In this document: positions 30,070 through 41,899 of the stretch, one piece after another | How positions within the stretch are numbered: position 1 is the stretch's first letter | Layout of the letters: the number at the start of each line of letters is the position of its first letter | NCBI GenBank assembly: GCA_043228905.1 | Contig: JBHGNT010000008.1 | Span: 14,198,001-14,262,000, forward strand | DNA length: 64,000 bases | Direction of reading: 5' to 3' | From: Azolla caroliniana | Taxonomy: Eukaryota > Plantae > Polypodiophyta | Position numbers and translations under genes: made by a program | Notes under the pieces: generated by a model | The model's database searches: none | What the model was told of the DNA's origin: nothing | Seen by the model: only the letters and a program-made list of their open reading frames with translations

Positions 30070-33000
30070 AGAGGGCAAGTGAGGGAATCGTGGAGAGGGA
30101 CGGTGCAGGTCACTTAGCCGAGGGCAAGTTCGATCTGCACCGTCCGATGTGGAAAAAAAAACGTGTGAAGAAGTTGTCACTTATTGGGGAGCCCGACTAG
30201 GAGCCCCGCTTACTAATCAAGAGCCCGACTAAGAGCCCGACTGTCTAACAACCTCTGTCACTAGGAGCTCGACTCTATCAAAAGGAACCCCACTCATTAT
30301 TAATGAGCACTGACTATAAAATCCCTAAATCACTCATTTTGAATCTATTTTGAAAAGAGAGTTTTAGGGTATTTGGAGGGAAGAATTAGACAGGAGCACC
30401 ACTTTCCACCAAAATCTGAGAGGAGCACCACTTTCCGCCAGTGAGCACTTCCCAACCACCTACATTCGATCTACAAAACGAAGTCAATAATAGGTATGTA
30501 TTTTCATGGTTATTTTTATTTTTTACATCGTTTAGGGTTTCTTTTCATTTACATTTGATCGCATGGTTCCATATTCTAACATGGTGAGAGACTTAGTTGT
30601 TCCATTTTTCAAATGTATCATATAAATGCATTGTTATAATTTCACCATCAATATGAAGAAATGTTGAATTAGAAACAACATTTTTGTATTTTCTTTGAAC
30701 CCATTTTCATTGTTTTTCACCACACGAAACTAAGCTCAAATCAACACAAAATATGTTTGCTCAAGCATTGATTATCTCACGTACTTAGTTACAACGCAAG
30801 GTACGATTATCTTGAGCACTTATGTATTCATGTTTACATAAGTAGGAATGCAATTATTTCAAGCACACAGATGTGGATACGCATCATATGTTTGTTATTG
30901 TCCTATTGGATGACGACAATGATAATATTATGTAGTAGAGATTAGTTAAGCATTGTAAGCATAGATATAATCACCATGAGGACATGCCATTATAGCCAAT
31001 GAATACCATGTATGTATGTGTGCCTGCATATTCTAAATGTTTGAATTCTTCCACGTGATCCTTCGAAATATGGAAGTCATGTTTGAATATGGAACCATTT
31101 GTTTCTCATATGCCATATTCTAAATGTTTGAATTCTTCCACTCTACATCGGTAACTTATTAAGAGGACGAGCTTCTCAAATATGGTTCTAGACATACAAT
31201 AGGCTTTGTAATCAAAGTAGGTTTTGAAAACATTTTAATATGCAGTGTATTTGAATCACCATGAATAACATGTTTGTGTGGTGTCTCTAATTTCATGGGC
31301 TTCTTTTGTATCCCTTTTTCTTCTTGCTTCTCATATGCCATATTCGAAATGCTATTGGAGACACCTTGCATGTTCCACATTTCTCCATTGAATATTTCAT
31401 ATGTTATTATATATGAACTTGTTTCCTCCCAATTATTTAGCTATATCGATAAAAATTTGTTGCATGCATCTGATGATTTCTTAGTGTGCTTGGATTGTGA
31501 AATTTGAACTTGAATGCAATGGACATATTGGTGGTTATTGAAAATGGCATGTGGTTTGTACAGATTGCTAGTCGATCCAAGACCTTCATAGACTTTGATG
31601 CGGATTGGGTGAAACAATACCCTATGAAGGGTGGTATGGCCTGAATCATTTCTCAACTATATATTGTGTATAAATAGTGATGTTTGTATGCTAACTTGAA
31701 TAATGGTTTAGGGTTTTTGTAAGAAAGGGTGTTAGGTGCCCCAAATCCAATGATATGGATAGGATAGTGAAAACATCATTATTGAAAAGCATATGAATGA
31801 CTCGAACATGGATACGAACCCCATACACGACATGGGGCCATTTGTTGAAGATGTCAAACTAAATGGTGAGTTGATGTACATTCTTGTAATCATTATTGAA
31901 GAAAGTATATATTGGGTTTTTCTAATGCAAATGTCACACCAATGTTGTAGTGGACCCCATGTCCCTCTTCAAGTGTGGAAGAGACTCAACAGGTATCAAA
32001 TGTCACACATGACATATTGTTGGAGATTCATGTAGAAAAGAGGTACGATGGTTTTGTAAGAAAGCTGAGATGGAGGCCCACTTACAGAAGGCACATGGCA
32101 TTCGTGTAATACTGCCTCGGGGGTTGAAGATAGAGGAAGAAGAGCAATCGACCTCCATGAAGAGCACAACCACCTCATTCTTTAGCAACTACGGAAGACA
32201 ACTATCGATAAGGCGTTTTTTGGATCCGGAGCTAAAGTACAATAAATCACGCCAATCGTACATGAGGAAGTTGAAGGCAAGAGCGATTAAACTCTTCAGA
32301 GCCACTCCGGACACACTTCGAACACCCAACAAGGCTGATTTTGTAATATTCTTGGCCATATCAATATGGTTAATTTTGTAATATCAAATCAATATACAAA
32401 TCTCATTTTGGTTGTATATGACTCAATGTGGAATGCCATGGCTTGATGAGTTTGAGATAATGGATTAAGCCTTCTATTTTTGAAGCTTTTAGATTCATAC
32501 CTATATAAACTCTATATGCAAGTAAAAGCCTATTTCTTGGTTGGGGGTCTTCTTGGTTGCATACGCCCTAGTAAGTCAATAATGAAGAAGATAGGCAATG
32601 TGAACACTGCACTAAGGTACACAAAGTAATCGACAATAATGTTATATGGGGCGTTGAAGATTATGTTCGAAATCCTCAAAAATCAATTAATGGTATATAT
32701 CACTTGGAAGCTTAACTGATTTCAACATTCCAATTTTTCCAATGAGGAGCCCGGTTCATATCAAAAGAGGGAGCCCCACTCATTAATAGGCAAGTGCCCA
32801 ACTACGTGAACTGATGATGTTACAACGATCATACTAACGATCACACTAAATTGATTCACCGAAGTCACTAGCATGCACTAAGAGGTGAACTCATTCACTA
32901 AGAGTTGAAATCATTCACTTCATTCAGAGTCTATTAATCACTCACACTGATTTCATTCACCGTAATGATTAATCGAATCATAGAAATCATTCACGAACAG

Positions 33001-35102
33001 TTGGCATTCTCAATCATTCACTAAGAGTTGAAATCATTCTCGAAGTGTTGAAATTATCCTCGAACTACATCATTGAAGAAACTCAAATCATCCACTTCAT
33101 TCATGTGCATTATCGATCACATTGAATTCATTTGAACTTCAATCATTGGTATTCATTTGAATTCATTCACTTTATTCATTGGCATAATCGCTCACATTCA
33201 CTTCATTCACCTCAATCACTGGCATTCTCGATCACATTGTATTAGCTCACTTCAATCACCGTAGTAATCGACCACAACCATCTATGGAGAGCACAATGCA
33301 TCATGGTGTCTTTGCCATGTCGGAAGATGAATTGGAGGATACATCGTGGTCGTCCAGTGCATCGTTTGTATCTGAGGTCTCGGGGTTTTGTATCCATGTT
33401 TATCCTTTTGTTGGAAGTTAAAAGCTTCTTTTCAGGTTCATTTTTGACATGGTGGTGGCAATAACGTCGGCAACTATCGGTGAAGTCATATCTTCTTATG
33501 TTGGCTCATGATCCATAGGTAGAGTATTCATGGTATAAAGTCAAATAATAAAGAAAAAGCCCAAATTATGAGAGTTAACTTTACTTGGAACATGAGTGAG
33601 TTGCATATTAATGTGACAATCAAACATAGCCCAAATGGTAAGAACTAACTTTACTTGAACAAAAGTGTTAAGGGCTTGATGCGGATTGGAAGGATCATAG
33701 GGTAAAAGATCTACAATTGCAAAAGACGAGAATTCATCATGTTGTAACTTGTAGATGCGAAACTATCATATAATAATTGTGGAAGCTAAGTAGCCATCTA
33801 GGGAGAAGTAGTGGTGCTTGCCATTCTATTTTTATTTGGCAAATGAGCTCTTGAAAGTTGTAAAAAGAAGTGAGCTCATTATCAACTATAAAAAGGAGTG
33901 AGCAAATCACAAAGATGCATGGGGGCCCTATGATGACACCATTGTTAATTCTTTGGTTAACGGAACATGTCATGAGGAGACCATTCTTTGGCTTGTATTT
34001 CCACAAATAAGCTAGTATTTGCTTCCAATATTGTTTGAGCTACAAAATCACCTTCCAAGCAAAGTCATGGATATGTGTATTCAAGCTATTTTGAAGTAGG
34101 CAAGCATTAAATAAATAACTCTTTTGACTTTCTATAAAGACCTATTTGGTTATATCATGTTGCCAAAATAGTTCAAGGGCATTCCACCTAAAATTCTCGC
34201 ATGCATTCTTTGCTAAAAAATCAATGATAGAAATTTTGATTGCACTATCATAGCAATCCATGCATGCATAGGCCACTTTACAAATCTCCGATACATCAAC
34301 TTTTCATCTTTTCAAGTTGTCAACTTGGTTGATCTTTGGCAAGAATATTGCACATTAGAGGATATCTAAGATGGAGAACAATCTTATTTGGAATGTCATC
34401 GGTGAATTATGAAAAGGAGCATCTTAAGAGTTATAGAAAAACAAATGTTCAATTCGGAAACTAAAGCATAAGTCCACTTGCATCAATCAAAGTTTGCAAA
34501 TGTCTAGTTATAAACTTATATACTAGGGCACAAAGGTACGGTCAACAACATATGGTTAAGTGTTTGATGATGACAATTTTACACCTTTTAGACTATTATG
34601 GCACCATGAACACATTTAGTAATTAAGGTGTTGAATTCAATACCACTATTACGACCCCTTAAAGGTAAATGAAGAGTAAAGTGACTACATACCCTAAACC
34701 AAATGTTGAAACCCTAAAAAAGAAAGAAATCGAAGAAGAAGAAAACTAAAAAGAAAGAAATCAAAGAAGAGAAGGATTTGAACCATAGACGTAACATATC
34801 TTAGACAAAACCATAACCACTACCCTATTCACTCTTGTGTTATAGTTTTATTCTTTATTACTTTTACTTTTTGAGAGTTGGGCTCCTACCCAAAGTTCGC
34901 CGGGCTCCTCGTGGCAGAGGTTGTCAGGCAGCAGGGCTCCTTGTGACAGAGTCGAGCTCATGGTGACAGAGGCTGTCAGAGAGTCGAGCTCTTGGTGACA
35001 GTCGCTATCAGCTTTTCATCCACATTGGATGGTGGAGATCGCACACGCCATCAACGGTGCGACCTGCACCGTCCGCGCCCGCGATTCCCTCACTTTCCCT
35101 CT
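30070..35102. mobile_element. Degenerate TIR DNA transposon (~5 kb), unclassified
   Basis: ~85-bp imperfect TIRs (AGAGGG[C/A]AAGTGAGGGAATCG...GGACGGTGCAGGTC), flanked by TTGA/TTAA. Subterminal GAGCCCGAC/GAGCTC repeats occur at both ends. An internal C2H2-like remnant lies at about 31993-32100 (KCHT*HIVGDSC...EAHLQKAH). Confidence 0.75.
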
Positions 35103-35131
35103 TTAATTTTTGGCAGTAGTTAGTCACGAGC

Positions 35132-35277
35132 ATGTATGTATGTATGTTATGTATGTATGTTATGCTATGTATGTATGTATGTTATGTATGTATGTTATGT
35201 ATGTATGTATGTATGTATGTATGTATGTATGTATGTATGTATGTATGTATGTGCATCATCATCATCATCATCATCAT
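35132..35277. repeat. (TATG)n plus (CAT)n compound microsatellite in the promoter/5' UTR of the LHC-like gene
   Basis: Directly visible. Confidence 0.9.
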
Positions 35278-35332
35278 GAATCTCTATCTCTCCACCAAAG
35301 GTTAGGTTTCGTTATCCTCTGCAGCCTTCGCC

Positions 35333-38300
35333 ATGGCTTCTTCCATGCTGCTGCACAGCAGCTTCTCCAGGCCAGACTCCATCGCCTCTGCCTCCTCCAG
35401 CTTCTTATCGACCTCTTATCATCATTCCCTGCGATCCATATCTGGCCATTGTCATTATCACCACCATCAACATCGACCTCGCCTTTTTCTGTCTCGCCGA
35501 CTGATCGGTAAGTATTTGAACGTTCTCGTATTTAGGTTCCTCTGAATTCTAGATAATCTTTGGTTTTTGTCATCTCTATTTGTTTTCTATTTGGTATTGT
35601 TTTATGGTCTCTGATCTGGGATTGATTTGGATCTCTCCTTTCTAATCTTAGATTTTTGTGATTTCTGATCTTAGTATATTTTTTTCCTAATTGCTAGGTC
35701 TTTTTTCTTATTTCTATTGCTGTGTGATTCCTAGCATTTTTTGTGGTCACATTACATTTTTAGTTGATCTGATGATTCACTTTGAACTCCATGGAGACAT
35801 TAAGACGGTTGTTCTTTCTTTCTAGATTTTTTTCCTGGTTCCCAGGGTTTGTTTTTCTTCTTGTTGATAAGGTTCTTTTCCGATCCTCAATCATCTTTCA
35901 TTCATTATGTAGTTCATGCGTCAGCGAGCCCTGAAGGTGGGGAGCCAGATGCAAAGTTTGGTCTTGGGGGTCCAGGAACATGGTTTGGTTTTGGTAAGAA
36001 ACAGGAAAAAGAAGTGGGAAGGCTAGCTATGCTCGGGTTTACAGTAATGCCACCTTCCCTTCCATCATGCTTTTTATAAGAAAAATCCCATTGGAGGGTT
36101 TTGTTTCTCGTTTTCATTTTATTTTTGAGTGTCAATCGAGCTAGATTCAGTACATGTCAAAACATACATAATAATAATGCAGAACTACAATTTGAATAAA
36201 ACAAAACGGCCTTTTGTGAAGGCAATGTGTTACCATCACTGTTGTCATTTCCATCTGCAATCTAAATTCTACAATTTATTTACTTTTAGTTTTGTTTATG
36301 AGTAGTGAGTTGCAAGTGTGTGACAGACATACCTGTCACTGAGATAGATGTTGGCATCAAATTAAGGGGGGGAATGAGAGAAAGAGGTCCGCTGTATAAG
36401 CTCTTAAATATTGATGTAGAAAACCAACCATGTGCTGACACAATTTGGATAGTTATTATTCTGAGCCATAGCTTGTGCAACTGAATTTATGAAGTCAAAT
36501 TAGGTCTCAAGTGACTCCCATTATCAACTGCAGGGCCCCTTGCACGAATATAATCTGAGCCTTGATGAGGATCAGATTTGTCAAGCAATAATCTCAATGA
36601 TCTGGCAATGATATGGCGCACATGTGCCATGTATTTCGTTGTCAGCATTCCGTTGCTTGCTCATGGTGATTATCTGGCATGCTTTCAGTGAAGATGTGGG
36701 ACTATGGGGCAAGTCAGTGATATTCGTTTTCCGTTGCATTCCCTGCTGTAAATATACGGGTTGATTATCTATGCATTTGAAGCTTGAACAATGTTTGGCC
36801 AAATTGTTGTGGGTCAGACTTCTCATTGTCTGTCAAATGGTGGGGAAATTCACATAGAGGGTGGCATAGAGGGAAATTCACATAGAGGATACATCATGTG
36901 AGAAGTTCAGGAAATGATCTTTGTAGTTGGCAGTCTTTGTCAGAAGAGACTTCCTCATTGTCATCAAAGTCTTTTGGGTATAGAGCTGCCATAGTTATTG
37001 AAATGATCTTTGTTGTTGGCAGTCTTTGTGGGAAGAGACTTCCTTGTTGTGATCAAAGTCTTTTGGGTATTGAGCTGCCATAGATTGCCAAATACCCTTG
37101 ATCTGCTCATTCCGTTTATCATTTTGGAGAGTTATATGGTATTAGAAAGCTGGCAAGTTCTTGATGTCAAGGACATTGTTGTGGAACCACTTCATTATAT
37201 GTGAATGCTGCAATCCTTCATTTGTTTTGTTATCACCATTTCCTTTGATATTTCATACCTGTATGTGTAATTCTTACAGGTGGTATAGTTAAGATCTGGT
37301 TGATGAGGTTCACAGTCTAAAATAATGCTTCTACCATTATGTGAGGAGCATTCAATTCAGAGGGAGAGAGAGAAAGAGTCAATTGGGCTCTCTGGAAATC
37401 AATATCTACCGTGTGGTTTTCTATAAGTGGAATGCCGACATCTCCATTTGAATGGATGTTTGGTTGTGTGCAATCGAGAATGCCTTCTCCATATTTTGAG
37501 ATAGTCGGTTAGTATCTAAGGAATTGAGGATTATGGCATAATTGGCGGATGTGGAATGCCTTTGTTTTTTATGCTCAATATGGGGTTGAAGACACATTCA
37601 ACGATTAAAAGGCAAACTGGTATGGCAGTTTTCCTTTTTGGAAACTTCTGGGAGGTTGTCATGGGAGGAATTGGGGATCTGTAGGCTGTCAAGGCATCAT
37701 TTCTGTCATTTTCCTTGGCCTTTATCACATGGTACTACATAGCCTCATAAGGAATTTTCTAGATATAAATGAGGTATGTCATGAGAATTCTCATTGATTT
37801 GGTGGTGAGCTGATAGGATATCATAGTCCATCTATTATTGTAATTTGACTTTTGTAAATAATACATTACTATTTACAAAAAACAAGTCAATTGGGCCGTA
37901 GGTGAGATAGTATTGTCACTTGTTTGAAGACCCTAAGGTCATTTGCCCAATACACTGTGTGGCATGTAGTTTAGGAAATGTGGTATATGGTGCAACAAAG
38001 TGTGTGGAAGTAAGGATTTGAACCCATGACCTGGAGATGGTAGTTTAAATAGCTCTGCACTAGTGTGGTGGCCATTACGACAAAAATAACTTATAAGAAA
38101 ATGAGAGAGAAAGAAATACGAAAGGGAAGATATTTTAACATATCTTAAGAGGGCAAAATGGCCTAGAAGACCGAATAAGATATTACATCTTAAAATGTTG
38201 TCTTGTCTTTGAGAACAACCTAAAATAAATATAGCTACACCTAGGTTACTAAAGAATCTAGTTGTTTAAGCACTAAGGTTCTAAAGTTTGATTGATTGAA

Positions 38301-39675
38301 ACTTCAGCCTTCTAAAAAATCTCCAACATGGCTTTTCCAAAATGGGTATATCTCCAAAGCGAGGAAGCACCTTGATGACAGGTGATTATTGCGTTTAGTT
38401 TCCGATAACAAGGATGAGAGTGCCATGGTCTAGGCATCGTCGCGTAATTGCAGGGCATATTGCAATCTCCTAATCTATTATAACCTCTTTCAGGTGTCCT
38501 GGTCGAGACCCCACTTGTGTAGCCTTTAATTGACTCATAACATGGAGTGCAATGAAACCAAAGAAAGTTGTGAGGGTTCTTTGTTGATGGATTGTTGTGG
38601 TTGTATTATTACCCTTCAACTTCTTTGTGTCTAGCGTGTTCAGTCCCAAGCACTGTTGGTCTATGTATTCCATTACCTGGCGTAATGGACCAAAACCAAT
38701 TTTCTTTCATTATCCAATTTAAGGATATCAGTTTAGATCATGCCATCCAACTGGAACCATTCTTGTATTTCATCATACCAACATTGATTATGTCCATGTT
38801 CACAGAAAGTTGTTTGGATGCAACGAGAGAGACTGACTTGCTTTGAGAATTTTGAAAATACTATGGTAATGTTGGGAGTTTCATGATAAATGAGGTGTAT
38901 GTTCTTAAATTTCTCTTTTTCAACTATATAAGGAAGTAAAGAATTCATCCCAAAGATAATATTGTGTTTGAAGTTTGAACTTTTTATTTGGTGAATAGTT
39001 CCATTGAATCATCATCCTTTAGTAAACTGAGCTATGAATGGGATAGCTCCTTTGAATCATTATCATGGATAGTTTCCATTGTATTTCAGGCAGGTATTGT
39101 GATGGAGGTGCTAACGGGGAAAGGCATCCTCGCTCAACTAGGTATCGATCCGGTTGCTGTCAAGTATCCTTTCCTTGCGGGTCTTGGTTTCCTTCTTATT
39201 GGTGGTCTCCTCGGGGGCTATGTCGTTATAAACAATCCTCCTGATTTTTCGAAGGTGCCCGCTAATGAGGGAGATGGTTCGCCTCGGGATCCTTTGAAAA
39301 CTTATGACCCACAGAACATTGACCCATTGACTACATGGACACGAGGAGGAGTTGTCAACCGCCCAACTGGACAAGTAAGTATATATTGGGGTAATGTAAG
39401 TTTTTTGGATAGATATGCAAACATGAATTCATATGTAACTTACGGACATGCATGTAGAAAGAATGCACATATACATGCATAAACTAATGTACTTTTGGGA
39501 GCATCTACATCTGCACATGAATTTCATCGCTACTTAAACATGTGTGCACATAGATAGGGCTTTGGACATACAAATAATCTACAAATGAAGCCTAAACCCT
39601 CCAAACTTGTTTTTATAACAGAAGGGTCGTGAACCATATGTGTCGGACTTGGACTTGCCTCCAAAGAAGGACTAG
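35333..39675 (+). CDS. Chloroplast two-helix LHC-like protein (SEP/LIL family, PsbS-like helix), 214 aa; exons 35333-35507, 35913-36043, 39090-39374, 39622-39675
   Basis: Ser-rich transit peptide. The LHC-type helix WFGFGKKQEKEVGRLAMLGFTAGIVMEVLTGKGILAQLG forms across a phase-0 GT-AG intron. A second hydrophobic helix is FLAGLGFLLIGGLLGGYVVI. The stop TAG is at 39673-39675. Confidence 0.88.
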
Positions 39676-41899
39676 CATCCTTCTTTTCAAGATGGAAGAC
39701 CATCTTTTAACATATCCACAGATGGTTTTTGCATGTCTGGATTGTCTGTACCACATCATTGGAAGTGTATAATGTGTATGTATTATCCTATGATCAAGAA
39801 TAGAGAAAAGATCTACAATTGATCCTTATGCAAAGCTCTTTATTTCTTCATATGCTATGGTTTGGTTGTGCTCATTATCAAGGATTGAAAAAGATCCTTC
39901 AAATTATAAGAAAAAGTATAAATATACAAATTATTTTTTTCCTTCCAAACATAGATATTTAGTGGTCACTACACTTGAAATCACAACATGGAAATGGAGA
40001 GAAATGGAGAGAAATGGAGAATAATGTCATAGATTACAATGATGATTTCATAAGGGGTAATTTACCAATATTAATATCATAAGGATTAAGTTACTAATAC
40101 TACTACCATGAGAAGCATGTCACTAATATTGGAATAGCAACAATAAGAATGTGATGTTTCATTGTTGTGTGAAATTATTAAGTCGATAGATGGTGACATC
40201 ATTTAATATCTAAGAAAAACATGTATGCAATCTCTATGTGCATGTTGAATTGTTCTTTGTTGAGTTAGTACTTACAGAGCAATGTCTCTCATAATATGCA
40301 ATCATTGTTTTAATGTTTTGATCTCAGTCTCACTACATGTAAAATTTGGTGTTTATGAATAACAAATAAATTTGGTTTCCAAAAATCTCAAATGAATATG
40401 TTACATGTATATAATGAATTACTAGTTGGTCAATGCTACAAGTAATCATTGTTGCCAAACATTATTAACCCAAATCAGTTGGATAATTTTCAACCTCGTC
40501 ACCAAACTTATGGTCACATGCCTTGGGTTTCCATGTTATATAAGAGTAAACAATTTTGCCACAAATTATTGCTTATAGATTTATGAAGGTACAAATTCAT
40601 AGTATATAAACAAGAGGGTATGATTCTAAATATTCTCCTTTAGGTTTTGGTTTGGAGCAATGTATTTTAGCGTCATGCTAATTTAAAAACAACATTACTG
40701 ATTTGCTTCTCAGAAGTCTCCTTACAACTTCGTAGTGCTAACAAATTCTCTATGCAACATTGAAGTTTTAAATATGTAGTTTATTAAATCATGCCAGTTT
40801 TGTATCCTAATGTAATGGAGTAATTTAACCTACCAACCTATGAAAGTGCATCCATGAGTATTATGTGTTGCACGAGAATCAAGAACTCAATTGTAGTTAT
40901 AGTTGTCAAGTGAAATATGTATAGTTTATGGGATGTATATCATAATGATACAATAGCCTCATTTGAATCTTATCAATCTCAATTTTATTTTTAGGTGACT
41001 TCAAAACATTTTTGAACCATTAATTGTTGGGTTACATCCAAAAGTAAAACCTACTAATTTCTATCGTTCATCCATCTAGAAGATTGGGCAGTGTTGCTTT
41101 CAATTCGCCCTACAAAGTAACCAAATACCAACAAATCTTTGGTAAAGTTACCCTACAACTCTTGAAGGGGAACAATAACCTTTTAATAATCTTCTTTATT
41201 CTCGTTCAACACTAATATTTTTAATGAAGTTAGATTGTACGATAATTGATAGGGGTAGCTTTCACATGCCCCAAGGCAAATCAACTTAGTATTATGCCTC
41301 TAGGATTATAACAATGTTGTAAATTAGGCTTGTGCATGGTACTTACCCCTGAATAACAATAGTTTTCTATGATATTCGGCGACAAACATAAGTTTTAGGA
41401 TTTGTTATTTTTTCCAAATGATGGGTCAATAGTATATCCTCATTTACAACCTCATGAAAGCCATCATTTGTAAAGTAGCATAGAAACTTTCTTTTTTTGC
41501 TTTGTCCTTGGCCATGGATGAGTAATAGTTTTTGGCAAGATTGATTGGTACAATACAGTTTAGGCAACCATACTTTGTTCTTAGCTAGGGATCAACAGTC
41601 TCACCCTTAGTATGAGCCCACCTTGAGATTATCATGATTCCAAAAACTCCAAAGTCTTTGATTTGTTTTGACTCAACAAATTATACAAGATCTAGTGACT
41701 CATTTTAGTTATTTTAGAACAACCATCCTCCATTGGCTATAATGATTACTGAAGATCAAACTCAACTATGTCTAATGCGTGAGTACACATGTGGTGGGCT
41801 AAGAGCATGTCATCACTTAGCGTTCATGGTGTTAGCTTACATACAATTATTAGATTCAATATATATTTATTTAACATATAAAATAGTTATCCTACTAGT

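Noticed and set aside
36500-37750. Possible LINE remnants in introns (also 3170-3500)
   Set aside because: Only vague similarity; no diagnostic RT or endonuclease motif could be read.
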